A DNA stretch of 64,000 nucleotides from a bacterium (GCA_965200245.1 CBDATS010000002.1:270986-334985); one strand, 5' to 3'. Counted from the stretch's first letter, positions 20,540-31,366 are shown. Numbers and translations are program-made. Notes: generated by a model from the letters alone, not told the origin.

Positions 20540-21553
20540 TCACCCTTCCAGAAACAACTGCACCTCGCTCAAGAGTTCCATCCTGCGCTTTTCCAGTTCC
20601 ATGAAATGCGTGCCGTCATTGATGATGACGTAACGCTTGCCGCGACTGTTGCGGAGGGCCTGATACAATCCCCAGGCTTCCGGGTCGGCCGAGGCGCCGT
20701 CCTGATCACCCCTGATGAGCAGCACGGGACACGTTATCCTGCCCGCATCATAGAGAGGTATGTTTCTCGCCCGGTCGTACAGATCAGCGAATGACCCATT
20801 CGCCAGCCGGAATCCGGGCGTATTCCGCACGGCACCTTCCGGGTCATAGCGCAGAAGTTCCCGGAAATATGTCTTGACCACCCTGGGTTCGCGCCATCTG
20901 TGATGGGAGTCTCCCGGCAAATGGCCCCACCAGCGATGGTGCACGTCTTTTTCCGTGCACCAGGACCACGCGCCTCGCCTCGCGTCGAATTCGCCGGGTT
21001 TTCGGGGGTCTTCCATCTGCCTCGCGCGGGCAGGGTTGTCATAAGCGTAGTACGGCGCGTAAAGAACGAGTTTGTGCACATGCTTCATATTGTCGGCTGC
21101 ATAGGCAGGCCCCGTCGTCGTACCCCAGGAACGACCCAGAATACCGAGCTTGTTTACCCCACGCAGTCGGCGGATGAATTTGACCGCCGCCTCGATATCC
21201 TTCACGGCCACTTTGCCCGGAATCGCGGGCGGTTTCCCCCTGGGGCTCTCGCGCATCTCCGACGGCCATGTCGATTCCCCAAAACCCCGAATCGAGAGCG
21301 AGAAGACGTCGAACCCGCGCGAGGCGATGTAATCCATCCACGAATAGCCGGGAACCGGAAGATCATAGGCAACGGGGCCAGGCGCCATCCGCCCGTGCAC
21401 CATGAGGAGCGTGGCCTCATCATCGAATTTCCTCTTGCCTTTGGGGCGTTTTTCCCTCAGGTGCAATGTGATGCCGGGATCAGTTGAATCGATGTAGTGA
21501 TCGATCCGCTCCACTCCCTTCGAAGCCACGTGCTTTCCCGGGGAAGCGTTCAA
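20540..21553 (-). CDS. Alpha/beta hydrolase
   Basis: LMVHG, RGFGES, nucleophile elbow GRSWG, GDQD, GTHF. Confidence 0.88.
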   Translation of the reverse strand: MNASPGKHVASKGVERIDHYIDSTDPGITLHLREKRPKGKRKFDDEATLLMVHGRMAPGPVAYDLPVPGYSWMDYIASRGFDVFSLSIRGFGESTWPSEMRESPRGKPPAIPGKVAVKDIEAAVKFIRRLRGVNKLGILGRSWGTTTGPAYAADNMKHVHKLVLYAPYYAYDNPARARQMEDPRKPGEFDARRGAWSWCTEKDVHHRWWGHLPGDSHHRWREPRVVKTYFRELLRYDPEGAVRNTPGFRLANGSFADLYDRARNIPLYDAGRITCPVLLIRGDQDGASADPEAWGLYQALRNSRGKRYVIINDGTHFMELEKRRMELLSEVQLFLEG

Positions 21554-21565
21554 GTCCTGATCACC

Positions 21566-22516
21566 CTAGTTTTTCAGATGGGAATAATCTTGGGTATAGG
21601 CGGGCGGAAGCGCGCCACCCTGGCCCTGAATAACGTGGAGCTTGCCCCATCCCCGGCCAGAATTGCGGAATCCCCGCTGCACGCCCGCCGGCGCCCAGCA
21701 CATGTCCCATGGTTCGAGCACCGCCTGATGCGATTCCCCTATCTCATCCACCCAGAACACCGTCCAGTCGCTTTCAAGAGGAATGAAGGCTTCCTCCAGA
21801 TCGGGATGATCGTGAAGCGGAGCGCCGGAACCCACACGGTTTTCATTGATGACAAAGGAGAATTCCCCCTCCGACAAAGACGGGGGCGGACCTGCGCCCT
21901 CGAGTTCGCCGCCCACGTGTCCCACATAGCGGCGAATCCCGCGAACGCCCTCAGGCAGGGAGGACTCATGATACACCTGAAAATTCATGGGGCACTCATC
22001 GTAACGAACCATCTGGGTGAAGGGGTCGACGAGAGCGGGACCGTCGATGACCGATCCCTCCCCTTCTCCCTCGAATACGGGTGGCTCGTATGCCCCGCGA
22101 CCGTGGATATAGTAGAGAAAACCATCCGTATCGCCCGAGTTTCTGTACCCGCGCATGACGCCCGCCGGCATCCGGATGGCGTCGTAGAGTCCGAGTTCGA
22201 CGCTTTTTCTCCCTCCATCGCGCGGATCTATCCAGAAGACTTCGAACCCGCCCTCCCAAACCATGAAAACCTCTTCGAACCCATGGCTGTGCAGCGGCGC
22301 GCCGTTTCCCGGAGGCGCCATCACGATTCCGTTGGCGAATTCCCAGCCGGGGAGCGCCGCCTTCGGTTCCCTGTCGCGAGGCCCTCCGACATAGCGATAA
22401 ACGGCCCGGTGATGTCCCTCTTCTCGGGCGTCGGGCGATGAATCCCAATCGGGCATAATCTCGGCAAACCGGATAATCGTGGTGGGCACGGCCCTGGAAG
22501 TGTGTATGGTCATCAT
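21566..22516 (-). CDS. Bicupin (two cupin domains)
   Basis: Repeated GAPLHSH..EEVF / GAPLHDH...EEAF and MRGYRN / QRGFRN. Confidence 0.85.
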   Translation of the reverse strand: MMTIHTSRAVPTTIIRFAEIMPDWDSSPDAREEGHHRAVYRYVGGPRDREPKAALPGWEFANGIVMAPPGNGAPLHSHGFEEVFMVWEGGFEVFWIDPRDGGRKSVELGLYDAIRMPAGVMRGYRNSGDTDGFLYYIHGRGAYEPPVFEGEGEGSVIDGPALVDPFTQMVRYDECPMNFQVYHESSLPEGVRGIRRYVGHVGGELEGAGPPPSLSEGEFSFVINENRVGSGAPLHDHPDLEEAFIPLESDWTVFWVDEIGESHQAVLEPWDMCWAPAGVQRGFRNSGRGWGKLHVIQGQGGALPPAYTQDYSHLKN

Positions 22517-22539
22517 TAAGCCCCCTCGTCGATACAAGG

Positions 22540-23895
22540 TTATGGAAGCGTCGCGCCTTGGTACACGCCTTCCGCCCCATACGCCTCGTCGAGCAGGACA
22601 ACGGGATGCACCACCCGAAGGTCCATGTTCCGCTCGCGGGCACCGAATGCAATCTGAATCTGACAACCGGGGTTGCCCGTGCAGACCACGGGCGCGCCTG
22701 CATTCTTCACGTGCCCCATTTTCCTGTCGAGAAGCTGCATCGAAATCTCGGTTTGCGTGAGATTGTAGCTGCCTGCGGAGCCACAGCACCAATCGCTTTC
22801 CCGGAGTGGCGTCGTCTCGACGTTTCGAATCGCGGAGAGAACCTCAAGCGGTTCCTTGCGGACCTTGAGTGCGTGAAACAGATGACACGGATGGTGATAC
22901 GCGATTTTTTGGGGCGAGGGGTGGTGCGCATTCCGTACACCGATTCTGGAGAGAAACACGGTGACGTCCATCGCCTTCTCGCTGAACGCTTCCGCCCGTC
23001 TCGCGTAGGCGGGGTCATTCGCGAGCAAATCCTTGTATTCATACAGCATGGCCCCGCAGCCGGAAACAGCCAGGATGACGGCGTCAAACCCGTCTGCGTC
23101 GATAGCGTCCAGGTTCTCGCGTGCAAGGATTCTTGCAGCCTCCCTGTCGCCGGCATGAGCCTGCAGCGCGCCACAGCATGTCTGATCGTCGGGAACCACC
23201 ACCCGTACCCCGTTCGCCGCCAACGCGCGTATGGCGGCCCGGTTCACGTCACCGAACAGGGTGGATTGAATGCACCCCCCGAAAAAGGCAACGCGGTGTT
23301 TTTCCTCCCCGATGGGAGCAATTTCGGCGGGCAGGGCCCGCATCGAGGATATGGGAGGAGCTTCGGGCATCATGGGTTCAAGATCCGCCAGTTTCCTGGG
23401 CAACAGGCGCAAACCCCTCACCACGTTTTTCAAAAAAGTGGTCTGATACAACCTTGCGGCCGCACCAGCCAGGTTGAGCAATGCCCTGTTCGGCAAAAGC
23501 CACCGAAAGAGAAACCTTCTCAAAATCCGCTCCGAAAGGGAGCGTTTTCGTACCTTTTCGAGTCCCTCGCGTGCCGCTTCTATCAATGAGCCGTAGGGCA
23601 CGCCGGATGGACACGCGGTTTCGCAGGCACGGCAGTCCAGGCAGCGATCTAGGTGTTTCATCACCGTCTCGTCGGGGGCCATCTCGCCGTCCGTCACCAG
23701 GCGCATGAGGTAGATTCTGCCGCGTGGAGAATCCATCTCGTTGCCAAGTAACGTGAACGTGGGGCAACTCGTGCCGCAGAACCCGCAATGGATGCAACGC
23801 TGAATCATCTCCCTGTCGGGAGCGTCCGGGCCGACGAAGGGATTCTCGTATTCAGGAAAAATCTGCGCGTGACTTGATTTCCGGTCCGTGGCCAC
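22540..23895 (-). CDS. glcF: Glycolate oxidase-like iron-sulfur subunit
   Basis: CIHCGFCGTSCPT, DSPRGRI, CLDCRACETACPSGV, two CCG domains. Confidence 0.9.
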   Translation of the reverse strand: MATDRKSSHAQIFPEYENPFVGPDAPDREMIQRCIHCGFCGTSCPTFTLLGNEMDSPRGRIYLMRLVTDGEMAPDETVMKHLDRCLDCRACETACPSGVPYGSLIEAAREGLEKVRKRSLSERILRRFLFRWLLPNRALLNLAGAAARLYQTTFLKNVVRGLRLLPRKLADLEPMMPEAPPISSMRALPAEIAPIGEEKHRVAFFGGCIQSTLFGDVNRAAIRALAANGVRVVVPDDQTCCGALQAHAGDREAARILARENLDAIDADGFDAVILAVSGCGAMLYEYKDLLANDPAYARRAEAFSEKAMDVTVFLSRIGVRNAHHPSPQKIAYHHPCHLFHALKVRKEPLEVLSAIRNVETTPLRESDWCCGSAGSYNLTQTEISMQLLDRKMGHVKNAGAPVVCTGNPGCQIQIAFGARERNMDLRVVHPVVLLDEAYGAEGVYQGATLP

Positions 23896-23909
23896 CTGGC
23901 GCTTTCCTC

Positions 23910-25289
23910 CTACATTCGGCCCACGAAGCGGCCGGGACTCAAAATCCCTTTGGGGTCATAGGTTTTCTTGATGTTGCGCATTACCTGCAGCGCCGGGGGA
24001 TCGAGCCCTTCCTCACCCCATACGGATATCTGTTCCCTGAACGAGTCAGGCCCCGAATCCATGCGAAGGTGAACCGAGCGGGCTTGCCCCTGATTCCTCC
24101 CCTCCCGGCAAAGGGAAGAGAATACGCGCCACGCCTCGAGCGGAGAGGATGCCTCATCCTCGGGCGCGAACCAACTGCGCAGCACCCCGCTTCCTGCGTG
24201 GGCCGAGATGGCGCAGCGATATTTTCCGGCCCCGGCAGCCCGTCTCGTGGCCTCAGCGAAACGGGGGAGTTGATCGAACCGACCCGAAGCCCGGAAGGCG
24301 AGCGCCTCGGAACCCGAGAATTCCCCTCCCGGCGGATCGGCCAGAGCGGGGCCCAGACGCGAGGTTTCCCCATCATCAAGACACAAAAAGTCGTCTACTC
24401 CTTCTTTCGCGAGAATTTCCTCGAAACGCGCCATCTGATCGTTCAGTCCTTCTTCAAAGTCTCCGAAAGCAGCAACCAGACCTACGGGGCCGGGCAAGGC
24501 GATGCCACTTTCCAATGCAAGCAATGCAATGCGCGATTCGTCCAGAACTTCCACCCAAACGGGCATGAGGGGCGAAGCCATCAAGGCGCGAGCGGCCTTG
24601 AACGCAGCGTCTGTAGACGCAAAACCGGCTCCCCTCGCTCCAATGCGATCCGACGTCTTGTACAGGCGAATCGCCAACTCGGTAACGACGGCCAGCGTCC
24701 CCCAGCTTCCCGACAGGAGGCGGTTCATGTCGTAGCCAGTGACATTTTTCACCACCAATGCACCGTAGGTATGGGTCACGCCGTCTGACAAAGCCACCTT
24801 CATGCGCATCACCCGGTCGCGCGCCTTGCCCCAGCGCACCCGCATGGGACCCGAACGATCAGCGATAATGGTTCCCCCCACGGTGGAGGTTTCCGGATGT
24901 GGCGGGTCGAGGCCCGCCGTCTGGCCCTCTGCCCCCGTCAATCTATTGAGATCCTCGACACTCATGCCTGCCTCGACGACGGCCGTGAGGTCGTCTTTCA
25001 GAAATTCAACCGCCTTTGACATGCGTCTCAGAGAGAGCGCCACATCGTACCTCTCGGGCGTATATCCCGTTCTGCTTCCTGTTCCTCCTCCATAGGGAAA
25101 TACAGCCAGGTCCGCTTCGTTCGCGCGAGCGAGAACATGGCAAAGGGTTTCGTGATCGGCAGGACTCACCACGACCGAGGGCGTTTTGTCACCCAGCCGG
25201 AAGGGTTCCGTATCTTCACCAGACAATAGAACGGAATCACCGAAATCTGCTTCTATGGATTGAGCGAACGAATCGATTTTGAGAGCCAT
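23910..25289 (-). CDS. glcE: Glycolate oxidase-like FAD-binding subunit
   Basis: GGGT, VVKNVTGYDMNRL..GSWGTL, DPKGILSPGR. Confidence 0.85.
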   Translation of the reverse strand: MALKIDSFAQSIEADFGDSVLLSGEDTEPFRLGDKTPSVVVSPADHETLCHVLARANEADLAVFPYGGGTGSRTGYTPERYDVALSLRRMSKAVEFLKDDLTAVVEAGMSVEDLNRLTGAEGQTAGLDPPHPETSTVGGTIIADRSGPMRVRWGKARDRVMRMKVALSDGVTHTYGALVVKNVTGYDMNRLLSGSWGTLAVVTELAIRLYKTSDRIGARGAGFASTDAAFKAARALMASPLMPVWVEVLDESRIALLALESGIALPGPVGLVAAFGDFEEGLNDQMARFEEILAKEGVDDFLCLDDGETSRLGPALADPPGGEFSGSEALAFRASGRFDQLPRFAEATRRAAGAGKYRCAISAHAGSGVLRSWFAPEDEASSPLEAWRVFSSLCREGRNQGQARSVHLRMDSGPDSFREQISVWGEEGLDPPALQVMRNIKKTYDPKGILSPGRFVGRM

Positions 25290-25296
25290 GGGTTTC

Positions 25297-26742
25297 CTAC
25301 TTCGTGATCCCCCCGCCCATTCGGGCGACAGAGCCGCTTAGAGCAACCGGGAACACGTTTTCCTCATCGGGTATGAGTTTACCGGGGTTCATCAAGCCAT
25401 CCTCGTCGATGGCGTCGCGCACGCGCTCCATAATCTGGAGGGTAGGCTCATCAAACTGATCCTTCATTTCCCTGATCTTCTCGATGCCTATGCCGTGCTC
25501 GCCTGACAGCACACCCCCTGCGCGTATGCACGCACGAAGCACTTCCGCCCCGCATTCTATCGCCCGTTCGGTTTCGCCGGGCACCCGATCATCGAACAGG
25601 ACGTTGGGGTGCAGGCTCCCGTCTCCCGCGTGGAAGACGTTTGTGATGCGCAAGTCATAGCGAGAGGCGATTTCATCGAATTCATCAAGTACCTGCGCCA
25701 GCTTCGAGCGGGGAACCGTGCCATCAAGACAATAGTAAGTCGGGGCGATCACACCGAAGGCGCCGAACGCCTTTTTCCGGCCCATCCACAGGCCTTCACG
25801 TTCCTCCTCGGTCTGCGCGACTCTAAACGATGAGCAATTATTCTTCTCGCTTATATCCCGAATCAAAGTTTCGAGCGGTCTCATGGAAGACGGCAGGCCG
25901 TCGAGTTCAATCAGCAATACGGCCTCGGCGTCCCTGGGATAGCCCGCCTGAACCACCGTCTCGACCGCCTCGACTGTGTAGCGATCCATCAATTCCATTG
26001 CGGCGGGCACGGCCCCGGCCGCGATAACATCGCTCACCGTCCGGCACGCATCCTTTACCTGAGAGAAACACGCGAGCATGGTGCGCACGCTCTCGGGATT
26101 GGGCGTGAGTCGCAAGGTGAGTTCCGTGATTACTGCGAACGTACCCTCCGAACCGATGAAGAACCCGCGCAGATCCAGACCCGGCGTGTCCTCTCCGTCC
26201 GCGCCCAGATGCACCACCTCGCCCGAGGGCAGGACGACGGTCATCCCCATGATGTGGTTCGTCGTCATCCCGTATTTCAGGCAATGTGCACCGCCCGAGT
26301 TCTCCGCCGCGTTGCCGCCGATGGTACAGGCCGCCTGACTGGAAGGATCGGGCGCGTAATGAAAGCCATGCGGCAGAGTCTCGCGTGATAGGTGGAGATT
26401 CACCACCCCGGGCTGCACGCGCGCAAGGCGATTCTCGTAGTCCAGTTCGAGAATCCTGTTCATCCGCGTGAAGACGATGAGCACTCCGCCCGGCAGGGGC
26501 GTCGCGCCTCCCGAAAGACCCGTGCCGGCGCCTCTCGCGATCAGGGGCACGCGGTATTCGCGGCAGATTCCCACGATTTGGTGGACTTCTTCCGTGCTCT
26601 CGGGCAAAACGACAGCCGAGGGGATGCCCTTGTAGATCGTGAGGCCGTCGCAATCATACGTCCTGAGCGCCACCGGATCGGTGTGGATGAATTCTTCTCC
26701 CACCACACCTGTCAATTTTTGAATGAACCCGGCGCTGTCCAC
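25297..26742 (-). CDS. glcD: Glycolate oxidase-like FAD-linked subunit
   Basis: RGAGTGLSGG, PDPSSQ, GGAHCLKYG, GSEGT, HAGDG, GEHGIG; GTG start inferred. Confidence 0.92.
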   Translation of the reverse strand: MDSAGFIQKLTGVVGEEFIHTDPVALRTYDCDGLTIYKGIPSAVVLPESTEEVHQIVGICREYRVPLIARGAGTGLSGGATPLPGGVLIVFTRMNRILELDYENRLARVQPGVVNLHLSRETLPHGFHYAPDPSSQAACTIGGNAAENSGGAHCLKYGMTTNHIMGMTVVLPSGEVVHLGADGEDTPGLDLRGFFIGSEGTFAVITELTLRLTPNPESVRTMLACFSQVKDACRTVSDVIAAGAVPAAMELMDRYTVEAVETVVQAGYPRDAEAVLLIELDGLPSSMRPLETLIRDISEKNNCSSFRVAQTEEEREGLWMGRKKAFGAFGVIAPTYYCLDGTVPRSKLAQVLDEFDEIASRYDLRITNVFHAGDGSLHPNVLFDDRVPGETERAIECGAEVLRACIRAGGVLSGEHGIGIEKIREMKDQFDEPTLQIMERVRDAIDEDGLMNPGKLIPDEENVFPVALSGSVARMGGGITK

Positions 26743-26840
26743 CTCAAAACCCCCGCGGTGCTTTCTGAATTTGCAAAAACACATTAGAGTAGCGCCATTA
26801 TACCCATGCTTTTGAAAAATACGAACGGAAAGGCGAATAC

Positions 26841-28142
26841 TTGGATAATTCCGGCGACTCCACCCAGGCTTCGGGCCATTCCGCAGGGCACGGGCGATCG
26901 GGCAGTTTTTATTATGGGTGGGTGATCGTCGGCGTATCATTCACCACCATGGCCTTCCACATGGCGGCCACCTTTTCCTTCTCCCTGTTTCAGGTTCCCC
27001 TTATTGAGGAATTCGACTGGAGCCGGGGTGCACTGGGCGGTGCATTCGCGCTGAGCATGGGCCTCTATGCCATCTGCAGCCCCACGGCAGGTGCCATTTT
27101 GGAGAGAAAAGGCCCGAGAGCACTTATCCCGTGGGGGTCCGCCTTGATCGGGGCAGGACTGACGCTCGGCTTTTTCATCTCCTCACTCTGGCACTCGTAT
27201 CTGTTTCTCGGAGTCCTGATCGGCATAGGGCTCGCGTTGAGCGGATTCGTGACGCATAACGCGATCCTTCCTCGATGGTTCTTCAGGAACCGGGGGCTGG
27301 CGGCGGGCATCGCCATCTCGGGCATCGGCATCGGTTCGTTTATCCTGATGCCCATTATCGAGAGAACCATTGCCATCTTCGGATGGCGCTACGCCTACCT
27401 GATTTTCGGCGGGTCGATACTTTTCCTGCTCCTGCCACTCAAGATTCTCCTCCTCAGAAACAACCCTTCTGACGTCGGCCAGAACATCGATGGCGTATCG
27501 GACGAAGAAGCCGCCGGAATTTCGAGGCCCACCGTTTCCCATTCCCGGAAAGTGGGAGAGGTGTTCTGGCTGGTGAAAGGGGAAAGAAACTTCTGGGCGT
27601 TGATGATACTCGCATTCGTCATCGGCCTGAACAACAACTCCATCTGGAGCCAGTTGCAGATATTCTTCGTCGACGCGAAGTTCAGCACCGCATTTGGCGC
27701 CTTTGTTTTCGGTCTCACCGGCGCTATCCGGATTCTGGGCAGCGTGGTGCTGGGATGGGCAAGCGATCGCATCGCACGCAAAAGAACCCAGGCCATTTCC
27801 CTTTTCCTGGCAGGACTCGGCGTCCTCGTTTTGCTTTCCGTGCCCCATATGAGCTACGGCGCCGCTTTGGCCTTTTCCTTCGCCGCGATTTACGGCTTCG
27901 GTGTTGGTGGCATGTCAACGTGCTACGCGGCCATGTGCGCGGACGCTTATGCCGGACGATCATTCGCCGTCATCATGGGGTTACTGGAAATCGCCTTTGG
28001 TCTCGGGGGATTCATCGGTCCCCCGATGGCGGGCTTCATGTTCGACTATACGGGAAGCTATGTGTTGCCCTTCTGCATCATAATTATTTTTCAGGCACTC
28101 GCCCTTCTCGTTTGCCAGTTCGTCTACAGTTCCGACAGGTGA
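26841..28142 (+). CDS. MFS transporter (OFA/MCT-like)
   Basis: FYYGWVIV, RWFFRNRGLAAGIA, GWASDRI, FDYTGSY. Confidence 0.88.
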   Translation: MDNSGDSTQASGHSAGHGRSGSFYYGWVIVGVSFTTMAFHMAATFSFSLFQVPLIEEFDWSRGALGGAFALSMGLYAICSPTAGAILERKGPRALIPWGSALIGAGLTLGFFISSLWHSYLFLGVLIGIGLALSGFVTHNAILPRWFFRNRGLAAGIAISGIGIGSFILMPIIERTIAIFGWRYAYLIFGGSILFLLLPLKILLLRNNPSDVGQNIDGVSDEEAAGISRPTVSHSRKVGEVFWLVKGERNFWALMILAFVIGLNNNSIWSQLQIFFVDAKFSTAFGAFVFGLTGAIRILGSVVLGWASDRIARKRTQAISLFLAGLGVLVLLSVPHMSYGAALAFSFAAIYGFGVGGMSTCYAAMCADAYAGRSFAVIMGLLEIAFGLGGFIGPPMAGFMFDYTGSYVLPFCIIIIFQALALLVCQFVYSSDR

Positions 28143-28150
28143 GACCCCCC

Positions 28151-29437
28151 ATGGATAGGGAGAGAACCACCCGTCCGTGGATTTATTACGGATGGATCAT
28201 CGTCGGTACGTCTTTCACCGCCATGGCGTTTCATCAAACGGCGCGTTTTTCATTTTCCATATTTCAGGTTCCCCTGATTCAGGAATTCGGCTGGGGACGC
28301 GGCGCCCTCGGAGGAGCCTACGCCCTGATGCTGGGTTGCTACGCCCTGTTCAGCCCTATCATGGGCAACCTCCTCGACAAAAAGGGCGCGCGCGCGGTCT
28401 TGCCGTGGGGTTCGGTGTTCGTCGGCACAGGCTTCACTCTCGCTTATTTCATCAGTGAACTCTGGCACGTCTACCTCGTTCCCTGCCTGTTCGTCGGAAT
28501 CGGAATGGCACTAAGCGGCTTTGCAATGCACAGCGCCCTCATGCCCCAGTGGTTCCAGAAAAAACGGGGCCTCGCCACGGGACTGGCTCTCTCGGGAAGC
28601 GGAACGGGCATTCTGCTTTTCATTCCCCTCATCGAGTGGCTGATCGCCACGAACGGATGGCGCCTGACATACCTGATTTTCGGCCTGGCCGTGCTCTTCA
28701 TCGTCGTCCCCCTCACGGCGCTTTTACTCCGAAGAGGACCCGAAGAGGCGGGGCAGCACATAGACGGAGAAGACGAGCCTCCCGATCATTCCACACACGA
28801 AGCAAGCGAAAAACCGCCCAGTCCTCCCTTGCCGGAGGTGTTTCGCCAGGTCTGCCGGGAAAAGAACTTCTGGACACTACTCATCGTCGTCTTCTTCATG
28901 GGACTCAACAACAACTCGATATTGAGCCAACTCCAACTCTATCTGGTAGATGCCGAATACAGTACGGTTCTGGCAGCTTTTTTCTTCGGGATGCTGGGCG
29001 CGATCCGGATGCTCGCCACGTTTTCCATGGGCTGGTTGAGTGATTTCATCGGCAGGCAGCGCGCCCAAGCGTTTTCTTCTTTCATCACTGTTTGCGGAAT
29101 CGCTATCTTGCTGTCCATCCCTTATATGACCCATATGTCGTCGAAAATCCTGATGGGATGGGCCTTCGTCTTCGTGTATGGAATGGGCCTCGGCGGAATG
29201 AGTGTATGCCATTCATCCATGTCCGCCGATGCGTTCAAAGGCCCCTCTTTCGGAGCCACTATCGGCCTGCTCGAGATTTTCTTCGGGCTTGGGGGGTTCA
29301 TCGGCCCGCCGCTGTCGGGTTTCATCTTCGACTACACGGGAAGCTATATGCTCCCCTTTGTCGGGATAGCGGCCGGTCTGGTTTGCTGTATCTTCATGTG
29401 CCTGTTCGTTTATGAAACACCGAAAGGGACTGCATGA
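28151..29437 (+). CDS. MFS transporter (OFA/MCT-like), tandem paralog
   Basis: YYGWIIV, QWFQKKRGLATG, GLNNNSI.SQLQ and FDYTGSY shared with the upstream gene. Confidence 0.88.
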   Translation: MDRERTTRPWIYYGWIIVGTSFTAMAFHQTARFSFSIFQVPLIQEFGWGRGALGGAYALMLGCYALFSPIMGNLLDKKGARAVLPWGSVFVGTGFTLAYFISELWHVYLVPCLFVGIGMALSGFAMHSALMPQWFQKKRGLATGLALSGSGTGILLFIPLIEWLIATNGWRLTYLIFGLAVLFIVVPLTALLLRRGPEEAGQHIDGEDEPPDHSTHEASEKPPSPPLPEVFRQVCREKNFWTLLIVVFFMGLNNNSILSQLQLYLVDAEYSTVLAAFFFGMLGAIRMLATFSMGWLSDFIGRQRAQAFSSFITVCGIAILLSIPYMTHMSSKILMGWAFVFVYGMGLGGMSVCHSSMSADAFKGPSFGATIGLLEIFFGLGGFIGPPLSGFIFDYTGSYMLPFVGIAAGLVCCIFMCLFVYETPKGTA

Positions 29438-29449
29438 TTACGGCAATCG

Positions 29450-30272
29450 TCAAAAGGACCGGCTCAGGACTTCCAGAACCAGGGCGGCCTTCGCCCTGTC
29501 GCCCTCAATACGGAGACGACCCGTTCTTTCCTGAACATCCAGACTCGCCCGGCCCGTGGCAAGCAACACGAGGTCGCTTCCGCCACATACCACGCGCGCA
29601 TCGCAATCCCCATGAGCGGCATACACGATTTCAGAATGCCCCACCTGGATATTCAGCGTCCATTTGCGTTCCGGTTCTTTCGTCTCGAAGCAGATGGTGC
29701 CGCTAAAATCCTTGTCCCCACGGGCACCAAAGAAGATGAGAAAACGCTCGGGCAGGCAATCTACGGCGATGGAAAGCGATGGGACATGCAAGGCGTCATC
29801 GGGCTGATTCCGGATATCCCAATCGTGGAGAATCAGTTCATACAACCTTTGCCCCGGAAAAGTACGGATTGGACATGGCGCGAGCCAATGCCAGGTATGC
29901 TTGTCCAGATCATCGTGACAAACCTTCCCGAAAACTTCCTGCAAACGCCATATGGCTTCGGCGAAGGCTTCTATCCGCTCATCACTTGAAAGAGCTGCGA
30001 GTTCGTCTCCCACTTTTTTTTCTGCAGGACCAGAACGAGTCCAGATCCGAAGCGTCGAAAGGCATTTCCAGCCGTCCGGCGGCGCCCGCAGGAATGACAT
30101 GCTCATAAAAGCGCGCACCCAGCGTCATGTGCGCCACCACGTCGGACACGCACCAGCCCGGACAAAAGGTTGGCGTATGCCACTGCCGTTCGCTCAGGCC
30201 ACGCAACTTCTCGATGAACCTGTGGTTTTCCTTTTCCACCCAGGATACGACGTGCTCGAAAAAGTTTGCCAT
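29450..30272 (-). pseudogene. Maleylpyruvate isomerase (MDMPI)/DinB-family protein with SCP2-like C-terminus, frameshifted at A8 run
   Basis: N-part TFCPGWCVSDVVAHM; C-part RLYELILHDWDIR...GRLRIEGD. Frames join if one A is removed from the A8 tract at 30014-30021. Confidence 0.8.
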
Positions 30273-30291
30273 CGCGAAATTTCCGCCGGAA

Positions 30292-31344
30292 TCAGACGGG
30301 TGTCGCCACTTTGAGTTCTTCCGCGAGTTCCGACACCTGCTTCCAGACGCCTTCCCCTACAGGGATTCCTTCCCGCAGCCTTCTTTCCTTTTCCCTGAAA
30401 CTGCGCTCCCCCGGCAAGCGAATTTCCTCTACACCAGGAGCCTTGCGCGTACCTTTCACTTCAACGGCATGCGCCTCCACCATCTCCCGGAACAGTCCCG
30501 GATCCCCGAAGGCGGCAGGATCGATCGCGATGAACAAATCTCCCTTGTCGTAGTGTCCCTGCTGCACCGATTCGCCGAGCGGCTTGCCGACCTTGGCTCC
30601 GAGCAAGGGACCCGCCAAAAGGCCGATCAACAGGCAGAGCCCATAACCCTTATGCTCGCCAAAGGGAGCGACGGCGCCCGCGGCGGCGGTCCTGGCGTCT
30701 GTCGTCGGTTCCCCATCCGGTCCCACCGCCACGCCTTCAGGAATCGGATCGCCCGTAACGCTTGCCTTCAGGATCATCCCGAAAGGAATTGCGCTCGTTG
30801 CAAAATCGAGAAGCACGGGTTCATCCCCGCTTCTTGGAACGGCGATCGAAAAGGGGTTTGTTCCCAACAGACGCTCCACTCCCCCGAATGGATGCACAAG
30901 CGGTTGCGTGACACCTGCCACGATTCCCACGCAGCCTGTCCGGGCGATTCGCTCGGCATAATAGCCTGTCATGCAGATATGGTCGCTGTTCACGACGCCT
31001 ACGGTACAAGAACCCGCCTTTTCCGCCTTCCGGGCAGCGAGGCTCGCTCCATAGGTCGCGCCTACGGGCCCCATCGAACGGTCGCCCTCCACCAACGCGG
31101 ACCCTTCCCTCTCGAGAACAACGTGGGGTCTGGCGCGGGCACGGATCATCCCGCTCTGGATTCTTCTGACCAGGTTCGGCAGACGGATGAGGCCGTGGGT
31201 GGAATAACCCCTGAGATCGGCTTCTATCAATACGTCGGCCGTCGTCATCGATTGCTCGTGCGAACACCCTACGGCAACCAGGATACGCTCCATCAAATCG
31301 CGCAGAGCGTCTGCGTTGATGATACGCTCTTCCGTTTGACTCAT
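30292..31344 (-). CDS. Ldh_2 (malate/L-lactate dehydrogenase type 2) family oxidoreductase
   Basis: ADLRGYSTHG, GTNPFS, LDFATS, FGEHKGYGL, IRLPGER. Confidence 0.9.
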   Translation of the reverse strand: MSQTEERIINADALRDLMERILVAVGCSHEQSMTTADVLIEADLRGYSTHGLIRLPNLVRRIQSGMIRARARPHVVLEREGSALVEGDRSMGPVGATYGASLAARKAEKAGSCTVGVVNSDHICMTGYYAERIARTGCVGIVAGVTQPLVHPFGGVERLLGTNPFSIAVPRSGDEPVLLDFATSAIPFGMILKASVTGDPIPEGVAVGPDGEPTTDARTAAAGAVAPFGEHKGYGLCLLIGLLAGPLLGAKVGKPLGESVQQGHYDKGDLFIAIDPAAFGDPGLFREMVEAHAVEVKGTRKAPGVEEIRLPGERSFREKERRLREGIPVGEGVWKQVSELAEELKVATPV

Positions 31345-31366
31345 TTGTGCGAAAACCTTTCCGTTT

